Below are positions 28,468-39,304 of a stretch of DNA of 64,000 nucleotides, piece by piece. Origin of the DNA: a virus (Duplodnaviria; Caudoviricetes); IMG/VR virus record IMGVR_UViG_2974671799_000001, positions 128,001-192,000 of that record. The stretch is one strand, 5' to 3'. The translations under genes and the position numbers were made by a program. Position 1 is the stretch's first letter; every line of letters starts with the position of its first letter. The notes under the pieces are model-generated. The model saw nothing but the letters and a program-made list of their open reading frames with translations, ran no database searches and was not told the origin of the DNA.

Positions 28468-31400
28468 ATGGATAATTTACAATCAAGTGGGTTAAACCTA
28501 CGAAATATTAAACTTAGAGACTTAAATACATTAGTCTCAGATATACAATATAACTTCCAACAGATAGTGCAACTACCTGGTTTTAAGGGTGTTACAGGTA
28601 AAGATGGGTTATCTATTACTGGTGCTACTGGTGAGCGTGGTAATAAATGGGTTTTTGCTAATTCAGCATCATTCATAACTGAATATGTTACCGTAACCAC
28701 ATCAGGACAAGTTACACTAAACTTTTTAAATTCACAGTTAACAGCCGACTTAGCTCGGTTGTTAACTACTTTGGGTATTGATAAGTTGGTTGGAAATGAT
28801 ATAATTGTTTTACCATCTAGAGACGTTATACAGTTCAGTAGTTTAACAAATGAATTTGTATCTACTGGTATTAGATTTGCTGACGGTCTTTCATTAAATG
28901 AAGAAGAGGTTATCGAAATTATTAATGAGGTTTTAGGAGGTCTTAATAACAATGATGTTTACGGTATTTATAAGGGTATAATAAAAAACTATGCTGATAA
29001 TAGTGCGGGTCTAAACAATCAATCAAATTACAATTCTATTATTGATTTACCAGTATCGGGTTCGGGTATTGGTTTGGAAACTAATGATTTCATTTTTTCT
29101 GCAATAAAAGAGGCAAATATCGGTAATGGTGTTAATACCATGTTTTTAACAGGTTCACCAAAAGATTATCATAATTTGGCTCAAAAAACATTGACCAACA
29201 AAACTGTTGATTATATGGCAGGTGTTGATGATTTTGGTGCTTTGGCTGTTTTACAAAACTCATACAAAAATGGTATTTTAATAGGTCATAAAGATTCTAA
29301 TGATTTTAGTACATGGGGTAGAATTTTCAGAACAGAAAACAAGTTAAGATTTTTATCAGATTATGACCCTAAATTAGATGAAGTTGGAAGATTGGATTTA
29401 GCCAAGTCGGGAACTGTTTTATTTTCACCGAAGGATTTACAATTAATGATTAAGAACGGTGTTCTAAAAATGACTGATTATAAAACAAATTATGATTGGT
29501 TGGATGCTACTAGTGAAAGAATGGTTTTAGGTAATGCTAATTTACCTTACGTTTCAATATACTCTAAAAATTATGCAAAATTATACACAAGTATAGGAGC
29601 TAATACACAAATTTTAGGACTTTATGGCAATGAATTAAAAGCATCTATTTTTCAACCAAAAAATGATTTACTTGTTAATGACCAAAATTTATTGGTCACA
29701 CATAATATTTTATTTGATATCAAAGAAGATTTAGAAACATGGATTGATGATTTAGATGATAGAGTAAGTATATTAGAATCTCAAAATGTTTATAGACAAC
29801 AAACTAGATTAGTTGGTAACGCAAACGCAAACCTTTTAACTCAATTCGGTTTATACGATATTAGATATAATTCAAGTGCATCATATACAAATTTCCCAAA
29901 TAATACATTATCTAACGGATTTGCAACAAATGCGTATTTAAAAGTAAATAGGTTTGATGAAGGTACAAATGTTGTTATTGAACAAGAATATGTTAATAAA
30001 TCAGCATCAAATAACTATTTGGTTACATCAAAAAGACAGGGTATTTCAAACGATAGCGGTTCTACATTCACATGGTCAAATTGGACTGTTTTACTAGATT
30101 CTAGAAATTCATTATTCAAAGGCGATGGTTTATCTATTGTTATAGAAAATGAGACATTTGGTGATAGTGGTAAATTAGTTATAAAACATAAAGCAGGTGT
30201 TGGTTCTAAGGTAGAAGCTGAAAATCCAACAACAGATTCACATAAAGTTGTCCGAGGTTTGAATTTAGATTCAAGCGGACACCCTACAAGTGTTATAGCA
30301 CAAGATTTAGATGAGTGGTACTATGATAAAATTGAGATTGATAAACTTTTACGCTCGAATTTACCAATTGGAACAATAGTTATTTGGAGTGGTAATCCTA
30401 ATACAATTCCTGCGGGATTTATTTTATGTGATGGTAATAATGATACACCAAATTACGGTGGTAGGTTCTTAGTTGGATATGATGCAACAAACACAGATTA
30501 TAATGTTGTAGGTGCTAGAGGTGGTGAAGCTTTCGTTACACTAACAAAAGCACAAATGCCTATACACTCACATGGTGGTGTTACAGGTTCAGGTGGTGTT
30601 CACGACCATACAATAAGATTTAGATATTCAGGTGCTGAACAAGATAATCAAATTGGTTTCTTACAACCTGAGTGGTGGACTGACCAAACTAATATGGGTG
30701 AAAGTGGTGGTAATGGTACAGATAATGGCTATGTTAATGTAACAATACCATCAAGTGATGCGCATAACCACACAATTCAATCAGAGGGTGGTGGTCAAGC
30801 ACATGAAAATAGACCACCTTATGAAGTTGTTTGCTTTATCATGTTTGTTGGTTTCGGAGTTCCGTCAGTTACTTCACCAACAAATTTAAGTACAACAGTT
30901 GGTTTACCTTTTTCTGTAGTTCCTGATAGTATTGGTGTGGTAACATCATGGAGTGCTACAAATTTACCTTTAGGATTGAGTATTAATCCTACAACTGGTG
31001 AAATTTCGGGTATTCCAACAACACCAAGTAATAATGAAGTTACATTAATCGCTACAAACTCTAACGGTTCATCAGCACCATATAAGTTTTTCATAAATGT
31101 TGAACCATTCTTAGGTAGTGTTCCTGTAATCACGTCAGGTAATGTAATTGATGTTGAGGTTGGTCAATCATTTTCATATAGAATTACAGCAAGTGGTGAC
31201 CCTACTTCTTTTGGAGCTACTGGTTTACCATCATGGATGAGTTTAGATACAACAACAGGATTTATAACTGGCACAGTTCCGTTAGGAACACCACAAAGTT
31301 TATTTGAAATTAATGTAAGTGCTATTAATGGTTCGGGTACAGGTTCACAAAATGTTTCAGTTATTGTTACATCTTTAGCTACGATAAATGCACCTTTATT

Positions 31401-31680
31401 AATAGGTGGTGGACTTACAAGAAGTTTCTATACTGGTGAGTCTGTTTCATATAGTCATATTAATGGTGGTGGTACTGCTACGAATTGGAGTGCTTTAGGT
31501 TTACCAACAGGTTTAAGTATCAATGCTTCAACTGGTAGAATCACAGGAACTATAAATTTCGCTTATTCGGGCGAAACATTTAATGTGCAAGTTACAGCAT
31601 CTAACGCGGCAGGAATTTCAACAATATCATATAACATTTATGTTTATAGTGATTTTGGTGGTGATTTTAGAATAAATTAA
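28468..31680 (+). CDS. Tail fibre with tail-collar domain and three C-terminal Ig-like (He_PIG-type) repeats
   Basis: Short GxxGxxG stretch; PIGTIVIWSG..IPAGFILCDG..GRFLVG..LTKAQMP.H.H..AHENRPPY; LPLGLSINPTTGEISG-type repeats x3. Confidence 0.85.
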   Translation: MDNLQSSGLNLRNIKLRDLNTLVSDIQYNFQQIVQLPGFKGVTGKDGLSITGATGERGNKWVFANSASFITEYVTVTTSGQVTLNFLNSQLTADLARLLTTLGIDKLVGNDIIVLPSRDVIQFSSLTNEFVSTGIRFADGLSLNEEEVIEIINEVLGGLNNNDVYGIYKGIIKNYADNSAGLNNQSNYNSIIDLPVSGSGIGLETNDFIFSAIKEANIGNGVNTMFLTGSPKDYHNLAQKTLTNKTVDYMAGVDDFGALAVLQNSYKNGILIGHKDSNDFSTWGRIFRTENKLRFLSDYDPKLDEVGRLDLAKSGTVLFSPKDLQLMIKNGVLKMTDYKTNYDWLDATSERMVLGNANLPYVSIYSKNYAKLYTSIGANTQILGLYGNELKASIFQPKNDLLVNDQNLLVTHNILFDIKEDLETWIDDLDDRVSILESQNVYRQQTRLVGNANANLLTQFGLYDIRYNSSASYTNFPNNTLSNGFATNAYLKVNRFDEGTNVVIEQEYVNKSASNNYLVTSKRQGISNDSGSTFTWSNWTVLLDSRNSLFKGDGLSIVIENETFGDSGKLVIKHKAGVGSKVEAENPTTDSHKVVRGLNLDSSGHPTSVIAQDLDEWYYDKIEIDKLLRSNLPIGTIVIWSGNPNTIPAGFILCDGNNDTPNYGGRFLVGYDATNTDYNVVGARGGEAFVTLTKAQMPIHSHGGVTGSGGVHDHTIRFRYSGAEQDNQIGFLQPEWWTDQTNMGESGGNGTDNGYVNVTIPSSDAHNHTIQSEGGGQAHENRPPYEVVCFIMFVGFGVPSVTSPTNLSTTVGLPFSVVPDSIGVVTSWSATNLPLGLSINPTTGEISGIPTTPSNNEVTLIATNSNGSSAPYKFFINVEPFLGSVPVITSGNVIDVEVGQSFSYRITASGDPTSFGATGLPSWMSLDTTTGFITGTVPLGTPQSLFEINVSAINGSGTGSQNVSVIVTSLATINAPLLIGGGLTRSFYTGESVSYSHINGGGTATNWSALGLPTGLSINASTGRITGTINFAYSGETFNVQVTASNAAGISTISYNIYVYSDFGGDFRIN

Positions 31681-31807
31681 AATATATTTTTTTCATTCTT
31701 TAGGGTGGGTAATGCAATTTTTGTATGCCCACCTTTTTATTTTTATGGTAAAAAACGTTTTTAATTGTTATATTAATTAAAGAAATTAACTTATAAATAT
31801 TTAGATT

Positions 31808-32434
31808 ATGAAAAATTTAAGTACTGGTATGTACGTAAAAAAGAACGGTGAAAAGTCAGCTTCGATAGAGGTTGCTAGTTTCCAAAATGGTTTTGCAATA
31901 TTATCTGATGGTAAGTATTTGAAAATTGATGAATTAATGAGGGATTGGATGCAACCTTCTGTTAGATTAGCACCTGATTTTAGGACTGGTGATGAATTAA
32001 CAAGGGGTCTTCCTAGTGATACTGATATAATACAACCTCAACAACAAATTCCTAATGCACCTAATGTTAATGTGCCTATTTCTAATGAATCAGGAAATAA
32101 AACAACTATTATCCCTTCACAAAAACAAATTGTTCATGAAAAGGTTGTAGAGAAGGTTATTTATAAAAATCCTTTATTAGATGGTGTTGACCAAGACTCT
32201 CCATCATTTTCATTAGTTTCAAATCTTATGGCTTTATCAAAGGATGAGACTGTAAATGTTGATATTTCATTCCAACATATATTTGATTTTAACATAGAAA
32301 AGGTTGTAAAGACCGCTAAAACAATGGGTGTTGACCCAAGCTTAGTATCAAAAATTATTTTATCAACTGATGAAGGTATGAATGTATTAGTTGGTGTTTT
32401 AACATCTATAATTGAAAAGATAGGCGAAGAGTAA
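31808..32434 (+). CDS. Hypothetical protein
   Basis: 208 aa ORF. Confidence 0.7.
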   Translation: MKNLSTGMYVKKNGEKSASIEVASFQNGFAILSDGKYLKIDELMRDWMQPSVRLAPDFRTGDELTRGLPSDTDIIQPQQQIPNAPNVNVPISNESGNKTTIIPSQKQIVHEKVVEKVIYKNPLLDGVDQDSPSFSLVSNLMALSKDETVNVDISFQHIFDFNIEKVVKTAKTMGVDPSLVSKIILSTDEGMNVLVGVLTSIIEKIGEE

Positions 32435-32438
32435 TAAT

Positions 32439-32885
32439 ATGGATATACTTAAAAGAAAGTTATTAAACGTAGGCGAAAGTTGTTACTTTTTCGTTAGTTC
32501 TGTAGAAGACCCTTATGATTATATTAGGATGAAAGGTGTAATTGAAGAGGTTCATAGTGTTAAGGATGAGCAAGTAGTTTATCGAATAAGATTGACAAAT
32601 ATTTTTGAAAATGGTGATGTTATAAATACCTATATGAATAGGAATAGTTATCGTGGCTTCGATTTGAAAAGAAAGGTTAATAGGACTCGTTTAATGTACT
32701 CTTTTGATTGTAAAAGTGTTGTTGAATTTATCGAAAACAAATTAGAAGATTTCTTATTTGAAGCATCTAGTGCAATGGTTTTTCCAAATCGTGAAGAAAT
32801 GGAAAAAGAATATAAGTCAATTTGTAATTATATTTATGAATACTTGCATGAAATTATGGAAAGAAATAAAAAAAGAGGGTCATAA
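32439..32885 (+). CDS. Hypothetical protein
   Basis: 148 aa ORF followed by a hairpin terminator. Confidence 0.7.
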   Translation: MDILKRKLLNVGESCYFFVSSVEDPYDYIRMKGVIEEVHSVKDEQVVYRIRLTNIFENGDVINTYMNRNSYRGFDLKRKVNRTRLMYSFDCKSVVEFIENKLEDFLFEASSAMVFPNREEMEKEYKSICNYIYEYLHEIMERNKKRGS

Positions 32886-32940
32886 CCCTCTTTTTTATTT
32901 TTAGTTCTTAACAATAAATAAAGAAAGAATACTTTATATT

Positions 32941-34593
32941 ATGGAAAAAATAGTTAATGTTGTGAAAGACTTTTTAAATACTGATTCGGAAGGTCTAACA
33001 CCAAAGGAATCTAAATTAAGTGCATCATCTTTACCAAGTGAGAGTTTAAAAACAACAAGCTCTTATGATAGTAAAAATGAAGCTGAACTTCCTAGAGGTG
33101 CAGAGAAATCTGTTTTACCTTCTGGTGAGGTAAAAAATGAAAATATTGAAGCGTTACCACATTCATTATTTTCTGATTATCATTTATTTAGAGCAAAGAC
33201 CGTTAAAGGAGACAATTATCCTTTATTTAATACTGATAAAAAGGATTTAAAAGATACACTTTATAGGGAAATGACACCTGAATATTTAATTAATAATCCT
33301 ATAGGTGCATCAATTTACAAACCTATGGATTTTATTTACTTAGAAAGATTGAGAAAAGTGCCTTTAAATAGAATGATTACACTTAGACGTTTTGCATTTC
33401 CTATTGTTGATGATATATTTTCAATAACACCTGAAAACGATGAACCTGATATTGCTAGAATGATTACGTTTTCAGACCAAGAAAATAACAAGATTAGCGA
33501 TTTGATGTCATTCTCAACAGGTATGAGGTGGAAGGAGCTTGAATCTACTATGGAAGAAATGCAAATGCATGGGCCGCGGGCGGGTGTAGGTGGTTATATG
33601 AGTGACGTAATGAAGTTCATAGACCCTACTTTCGGACAAGATAGATTAAGGGGTGATGTGGCATTATCTTTTGACCCTATGCATGATAGTAATAAAGTTT
33701 ATGGTATGGTTGATTCTATTTCATCAACACATATACGCGATGTTGGATTGAACTTTGAACAAGAGTTTACTTTAACATTCAATTATAAAATGCGCTCATT
33801 CAATGGAATAAATGGAAAAGCCGCGTTTTTAGACCTTATTTCACATATTTTAATGTGTGTAACTAATGATGCTAAGTTTTGGGGTGGTGCTAGATTTTGG
33901 AAAGGTCGAAGACCAACAAAATATATTAAAAACTTAAAGTTCCTATCACCAACATCATTTAATGATTTCTTAAATAAGGCTCACGTTGAGTTTAAGGGAT
34001 TTTTAGGAAAAGGTAGTGGTAATAATCGTCAGGATGCTTTAAACCTTCTTAAAAACGTTGCTACTAATGTTTTTAATATGGGATTTGGTAAGTTATTGGA
34101 TAAAATCGGAAGACCTGCGATACCTTATACAAATTCATTATTAACATCTAATCCTGTTGGAAACTGGCACGTTACTATAGGAAATCCACACAACCCTAGT
34201 ATGACAATTGGTAATTTATTGTTAACAAATACCGTTATAAAGTTTGGTGATGTTTTGGGTCATGATGATTTCCCCGAAGATATTATAGTTGAATGTACAC
34301 TTAAACACGCAATGCCAAGGGGTAAGGCTGAAATAGAACAAATGTTTCAAGGTGGTAGAGGTCGTATGTATTGGAAACCAAAAGATGTATTTGGTTCAAT
34401 GAGTTCTACAGAACCATACTATAATGATAGTGGGAGAAGAATACCATCAAGAGTAAAAACATTACAAGAAAGACAAACATTCACCGAATATCAAAATATG
34501 TATAAAGGTGATTTAAAATTCGGACAATTTGATAAAGCTTCTGTATTAAGGAATGCTAATGAAGTTTGGTCGTTTAATAAAGTTAAAAAATAA
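32941..34593 (+). CDS. Probable baseplate/tail-tube initiator-type virion protein
   Basis: 550 aa; late-type AACAATAAATA at 32910-32920; FTLTFNY and NTVIKFG..DDFP.DI.VECTLK segments resemble gp48/gp54-like folds. Confidence 0.45.
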   Translation: MEKIVNVVKDFLNTDSEGLTPKESKLSASSLPSESLKTTSSYDSKNEAELPRGAEKSVLPSGEVKNENIEALPHSLFSDYHLFRAKTVKGDNYPLFNTDKKDLKDTLYREMTPEYLINNPIGASIYKPMDFIYLERLRKVPLNRMITLRRFAFPIVDDIFSITPENDEPDIARMITFSDQENNKISDLMSFSTGMRWKELESTMEEMQMHGPRAGVGGYMSDVMKFIDPTFGQDRLRGDVALSFDPMHDSNKVYGMVDSISSTHIRDVGLNFEQEFTLTFNYKMRSFNGINGKAAFLDLISHILMCVTNDAKFWGGARFWKGRRPTKYIKNLKFLSPTSFNDFLNKAHVEFKGFLGKGSGNNRQDALNLLKNVATNVFNMGFGKLLDKIGRPAIPYTNSLLTSNPVGNWHVTIGNPHNPSMTIGNLLLTNTVIKFGDVLGHDDFPEDIIVECTLKHAMPRGKAEIEQMFQGGRGRMYWKPKDVFGSMSSTEPYYNDSGRRIPSRVKTLQERQTFTEYQNMYKGDLKFGQFDKASVLRNANEVWSFNKVKK

Positions 34594-34609
34594 TATTTAA
34601 AACAAAATA

Positions 34610-34930
34610 ATGAAACATATTGATATTAAAGAATACTTAACCAATGTATTCGAAAGTAAAGGTGATTGGGAAAAGGAAGTTGATTCGTGTGAAGATGGTT
34701 CATGTGATGCTAAAAATAAAGAGGAACGCAAAAAAGAACGTGCTAAAAATCTTGGATATGCTGAAAAAGAACTGGATAAGGAAAAGAAAGATGCTGAGAA
34801 AGAAGAAAAAGAAAAGGAAAAAGGTAATGAAGAAAATGATATTAATACTTTAGGTACTGATAATGATGGTGAAGGTGAAAAAGATAATTTTGAAATTGAT
34901 GGTGTTCAAGTTGATTTTGATGATGAATAA
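34610..34930 (+). CDS. Small highly charged protein with capsid-targeting-like leader
   Basis: MKHIDIKEYLTNVFES followed by E/K/D-rich sequence. Confidence 0.6.
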   Translation: MKHIDIKEYLTNVFESKGDWEKEVDSCEDGSCDAKNKEERKKERAKNLGYAEKELDKEKKDAEKEEKEKEKGNEENDINTLGTDNDGEGEKDNFEIDGVQVDFDDE

Positions 34931-34984
34931 AGTCTATATAAACTATACATATTGTAAAGAAAAATTAATTTAATTTTTAAAAAT

Positions 34985-35527
34985 ATGGCTTTAATTAATA
35001 ACGATGGTATTTATGTTACTGTTGGGAGTATATCTTATAATAAGAGTAATGTATTAATGATAAGTAAATCCGATGGTGATATAGTTAATGTATTATTTTC
35101 TAGTGCGCAGAGTGTATCATTTTCATTAAAAGAATTTGGTGAAGATAATGGGTTTAATACGGTTGATGAATTATATAACCACCTTAAAACAATTTTCACA
35201 TCAGAAAGTGTGGGAACTGGGGGAACTGGGGGAACTGGTATTATAAAATCAAATAACACAGTAAAAAATATTATAAATAGTTCATCAACAAGTATAAAGT
35301 TGGTAGAATCTTCTGAATCAACTAATGAAATTTTAATAAAAAATGTATCAGATAATGGTCATAAACTTTTTATAAGTAAGGTTAATCCATCAACATTTGA
35401 AGAAATAGTTGTTTTATCTGATGGTGATATTTTTTCATTGAAAAATTATACTGGTGATGTTTTTGGTATTTGGGAATCTGTTGATGCTCAAACAAAGGCT
35501 ATTATAGAAATAATGAAAAAAGTTTAA
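34985..35527 (+). CDS. Hypothetical, probable virion accessory protein
   Basis: 180 aa with GTGGTGGTG linker. Confidence 0.6.
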   Translation: MALINNDGIYVTVGSISYNKSNVLMISKSDGDIVNVLFSSAQSVSFSLKEFGEDNGFNTVDELYNHLKTIFTSESVGTGGTGGTGIIKSNNTVKNIINSSSTSIKLVESSESTNEILIKNVSDNGHKLFISKVNPSTFEEIVVLSDGDIFSLKNYTGDVFGIWESVDAQTKAIIEIMKKV

Positions 35528-35528
35528 T

Positions 35529-36128
35529 ATGAGTAGTACAGAAATAATTAAAAGTAAAATAAATAGAGAGGTTTTAGACAAAAGGTTAAAACTAACATAT
35601 AAGTTTGATACTTTAAATGATGTATTGGGTTCAGACATTAAATTTGAAGTTGGTGATTGTGTTAATATTGGCGATTTCACATATGAATTAAAAAACAAGG
35701 ACAATTTAATAGAAAATTGGCATAAAAAATCTGTTAAGAAAACAGGTATAATTAATTCAAATATATCACAAACACTTTTTGAAGATACTGATAATTATTT
35801 AACAATATCATGGGATGCTACATATAAACAACCAACATACACAGTTAATAATTGGGGTTGGCACGATGGTAGTATATTTAAAATTGATGGTAATTCTTCA
35901 AAAAGAAGGGCTGAGGCTGATGATAGAAGTTCAGGGAATGGTACATTTTACTTCACTAATGGTGGGGAAAGGAAAAATGAATATGATATGGAAAACTATG
36001 GTTCATATCTTTTCGCAACATTAGTTAAAGAAACATTTGAATCAACAGAATCTTTTCCATCAGTATTTTTACAGGTTAATACTGGTAGTATAGGAGCTTG
36101 TAGTTATATATTAAATATAGTTTATTAA
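35529..36128 (+). CDS. Hypothetical protein
   Basis: 199 aa, closely coupled to the upstream gene. Confidence 0.6.
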   Translation: MSSTEIIKSKINREVLDKRLKLTYKFDTLNDVLGSDIKFEVGDCVNIGDFTYELKNKDNLIENWHKKSVKKTGIINSNISQTLFEDTDNYLTISWDATYKQPTYTVNNWGWHDGSIFKIDGNSSKRRAEADDRSSGNGTFYFTNGGERKNEYDMENYGSYLFATLVKETFESTESFPSVFLQVNTGSIGACSYILNIVY

Positions 36129-36145
36129 CTAATAAAAACAAATAT

Positions 36146-36949
36146 ATGGTTTTTTATAATAAAAATTCAAATAATACGGATGATTTAGATATATCATTAG
36201 ATATAAAATTTTGTCAAAATCATAATTGGGATTATGGTGTTTATAACGATGAATTTGATATTAACACCGAAAGGCTAACATTAGAAAATGATGGTATAAC
36301 TATTACAAAATTAGAAAGAGTATTTGTAAGAGAAGTTTTTAAAAGTCTTAGAATTTCAAAAATATTGGATTCAACTATAAGTAATATAAAAGACTTTGAT
36401 TTCACACTACTTTCAGAACTTACTAAGGTATCACCACTTTATGACAAAGGTAGGAAAATTAAATCAGATTATATTAATAATGGTGAAATTTTTGTTGAAA
36501 AAATATTTACAGATGTGATAAATGATAGTAAGTTATCAGGTATTGAAATGACAATAAATTGGTTTAATACGGATGATAGTATTGGTTTGACTAAAACACA
36601 AATTGTTAAAAACTTCAACCCTGCTGAAAGAAAAACAGAATTAAGGAAAAGAAGAACAAGAGTAATTGATTACCTAATAGCAAGTGCAGAGGAAAGCGGT
36701 AATGGTTTTGTTATTGATATATTACTTAAAAAGTTTAAGATTGAGATAGAGCTTTTTATCGAAAATGGTACACAAGATTTTGAAAATGCATTAATTTTTG
36801 AATCAACAAATGAAAATTCAGATGTGGCTTTTAATAATGGTTCTATGGATATAACATACATGATGATTTTGAATACTCTATTACCACCAACAGAAACTTA
36901 TCCTGATGGTCAAAAGATAGTTGATGGTATTTTAGAAGAAATTACATAA
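36146..36949 (+). CDS. Hypothetical protein
   Basis: 267 aa ORF. Confidence 0.6.
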   Translation: MVFYNKNSNNTDDLDISLDIKFCQNHNWDYGVYNDEFDINTERLTLENDGITITKLERVFVREVFKSLRISKILDSTISNIKDFDFTLLSELTKVSPLYDKGRKIKSDYINNGEIFVEKIFTDVINDSKLSGIEMTINWFNTDDSIGLTKTQIVKNFNPAERKTELRKRRTRVIDYLIASAEESGNGFVIDILLKKFKIEIELFIENGTQDFENALIFESTNENSDVAFNNGSMDITYMMILNTLLPPTETYPDGQKIVDGILEEIT

Positions 36950-36957
36950 AATAAAAT

Positions 36958-37569
36958 ATGAAAACAAATACATATAAAATTATTATTGATTGCGGTCATG
37001 GTGGGATTAAAAACAATGTTTACACCACCTATCCAAACAAAATGCATAAATTCCAAAATGGTGAAATAGCATATGAGGGTGTTATAAATAGAAATATAGG
37101 AAAAGTTCTTAATGAAAAATTAGAGCTAAATGATTTTAAAACTATTTTTATTGTAGAACCATCAGACCCAACAGATTTGCCATTAACTGAAAGAGTTAAA
37201 AAAGCTAATAAAATAAAAAATAGCTTATACATTTCTATTCATTGTAATGCATTTAATACAAAAGCGCGTGGGTTTGAAGTTTGGACTTCAAAAGGAGAAA
37301 CCAAAAGTGATAAACTTGCTGAACTTGTTTATAAGCAAGTTGAAAAACATATGGATTTGAGAATGAGAAAAGATACAACAGATGGTGACCATGATAAAGA
37401 GTCGCAATTCTATGTTCTTAAAAATACAAATATGCCAGCTATTCTTTTAGAATGTCTTTTCTTTGATAATTGGGATGATTATCAACTATCTAAAGATGAG
37501 TGTTTTATTGACAAATTATGTGACTGTTTTGTTTCAGGTATAATTGAATTTATTAATACACAAAAATAA
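36958..37569 (+). CDS. N-acetylmuramoyl-L-alanine amidase (Amidase_3), probable endolysin
   Basis: IIIDCGHGG, YE, LTERVKKAN, ISIHCNA, ARGFEVW, FYVLKNTNMPAILLECLF. Confidence 0.92.
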   Translation: MKTNTYKIIIDCGHGGIKNNVYTTYPNKMHKFQNGEIAYEGVINRNIGKVLNEKLELNDFKTIFIVEPSDPTDLPLTERVKKANKIKNSLYISIHCNAFNTKARGFEVWTSKGETKSDKLAELVYKQVEKHMDLRMRKDTTDGDHDKESQFYVLKNTNMPAILLECLFFDNWDDYQLSKDECFIDKLCDCFVSGIIEFINTQK

Positions 37570-37644
37570 GCCTGAAAAGTTGATTTAGAAACGATATATA
37601 GGATAAGGAGCAGTTATAAAAATAATTTTTAAATCAAGAAAGGC

Positions 37645-38226
37645 ATGAATTTTAATTGGATAATAGAATCTTTAAAAGCTGTTAAAGAAATTTCTATTAA
37701 GAAAATGATTATTTTATTTATTTGTATTTATCCACTTTTTACTGTAGTTTACTTCAAAGATGAATTGTCAATGTTATTCAAAAAGAATGTATCTATAGTG
37801 GAAGTGAGAGAATTAAACAAAGTTATACGTTTAACAAATAATTTAAAAGATGAGTATAATACATCGTTTGTTTCTGTTTGGGTTTATCAACCAAGTGGTG
37901 ATGAAAAGTTATATAAAGAACGTGTTTCTTATAGTGGTGATTATCGTAATAAATTCATTGATTTAGAAAAAGTTAACCTAATTCAACATCCTAATTTATT
38001 AAATTCACTTCGAAACAATAAATATATTAAAGTAGATAAAAATTCAAGCTTTGAATTGAGTAAATTGGTATCAGCTTATGAGGTTGGTGTTTTATATATC
38101 ATTCCTATTAAGAATGAATACGGATTATTAGTTGCCGAAGTAATGGTGGCTTTTGATAAAGAATTAAACCAAGATAAAATAGAAAAATTAATTAACTCTA
38201 CCGAATTGATAAGAATTTTAATGTAA
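37645..38226 (+). CDS. Putative holin, T4 T-like (single TM plus GAF-like periplasmic domain)
   Basis: N-terminal TM MIILFICIYPLFTVVYF; VSVWVYQP..; IIPIKNEYGLLVAEVMVAF; follows the amidase. Confidence 0.6.
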   Translation: MNFNWIIESLKAVKEISIKKMIILFICIYPLFTVVYFKDELSMLFKKNVSIVEVRELNKVIRLTNNLKDEYNTSFVSVWVYQPSGDEKLYKERVSYSGDYRNKFIDLEKVNLIQHPNLLNSLRNNKYIKVDKNSSFELSKLVSAYEVGVLYIIPIKNEYGLLVAEVMVAFDKELNQDKIEKLINSTELIRILM

Positions 38227-38228
38227 TC

Positions 38229-38801
38229 ATGAAAAGAATCGTTGAAAGAACACCTAAATGGTGTTATGTGACCCTTATAGTATTAGTTGTTATGGGTTCT
38301 ATCATACACACAACTAGTATTGTAACAAAAAATATAATCGAGCAAAAAATGGCTGATGTTGAGCTTTGTAAAATTGAAAATGAAAAAGATTTCATTGATT
38401 TACAACAATACTTCCAAAATCGTTATGGTGCTGATGCATCATTGACATATATTTTGCAACCAAAAGACTATATTAAATTATATAAAGAATTAGTTAATGT
38501 AGAGTCTAAAGATAGTACTTATCTTTCTGTACCTAGAAAGAGTATTCTAAGTAAAGAAAAGAAGCTACAAATAGACTTGATGAAAAAGAAATATGTAAGA
38601 ATTGATTCAACAACTAGTTATGAAAATAATAGCATAATTGGCACAAATTGTTTTAAAACTGCTTATGTTTTTCCTATACTTCAACATCAAACACACGTTT
38701 CCGAAATAGTGTTTTTATTCAACGATGAAAAACGGTTTACTGATAAAGAACTTAATGTAATGCTTCACGAAATACAAGCATTATCTAGATACATAAAATA
38801 G
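38229..38801 (+). CDS. Second T-like holin paralogue
   Basis: TM YVTLIVLVVMGSII; YGADASLTYILQPKDYIKLYKE aligns with the first paralogue and with T4 T; TAG stop. Confidence 0.55.
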   Translation: MKRIVERTPKWCYVTLIVLVVMGSIIHTTSIVTKNIIEQKMADVELCKIENEKDFIDLQQYFQNRYGADASLTYILQPKDYIKLYKELVNVESKDSTYLSVPRKSILSKEKKLQIDLMKKKYVRIDSTTSYENNSIIGTNCFKTAYVFPILQHQTHVSEIVFLFNDEKRFTDKELNVMLHEIQALSRYIK

Positions 38802-38881
38802 ACTTTAAAAGAAAAAATGGAATTTCCCTTGGAAGTTCCATTTTTCTTTTTTACATTTGTGTAATATTAAAATAAATATAA

Positions 38882-39241
38882 ATGAACAAAAATAAATCAA
38901 TACTTGAATCTTTCAAAACTAGATTCAAAAACGAAATCGAAAAGTTAGATATTAAGATGTTAAACGAGTTGAAAGAACCTACTTACATCTATACTTTAAA
39001 GGATATGGAAAATAGAAGACAAAAATTATATTGTCAAGTAGATGTGATTGAGAATCTTTTAAATAATGAAGTACTCTTAGATAACCCAAATAAAACAATA
39101 GATGTATTAAATAATGATATACATCACCTAAAAATAGGTGTTAAACAACATATTCTAAACAAAAGTATGTCTGTCAATACATTTATAGATATGGTGTATC
39201 GAAAAGAGTTTATGATTCAAATGATTAAAATGTTATCATAA
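38882..39241 (+). CDS. Hypothetical protein
   Basis: 119 aa after TACATTTG at 38852-38859. Confidence 0.65.
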   Translation: MNKNKSILESFKTRFKNEIEKLDIKMLNELKEPTYIYTLKDMENRRQKLYCQVDVIENLLNNEVLLDNPNKTIDVLNNDIHHLKIGVKQHILNKSMSVNTFIDMVYRKEFMIQMIKMLS

Positions 39242-39304
39242 ATTAGTCTAAAAAATTACAAAAAATATTTTGTTAGTATGATATTATTTTATATCTTTGC
39301 TACT

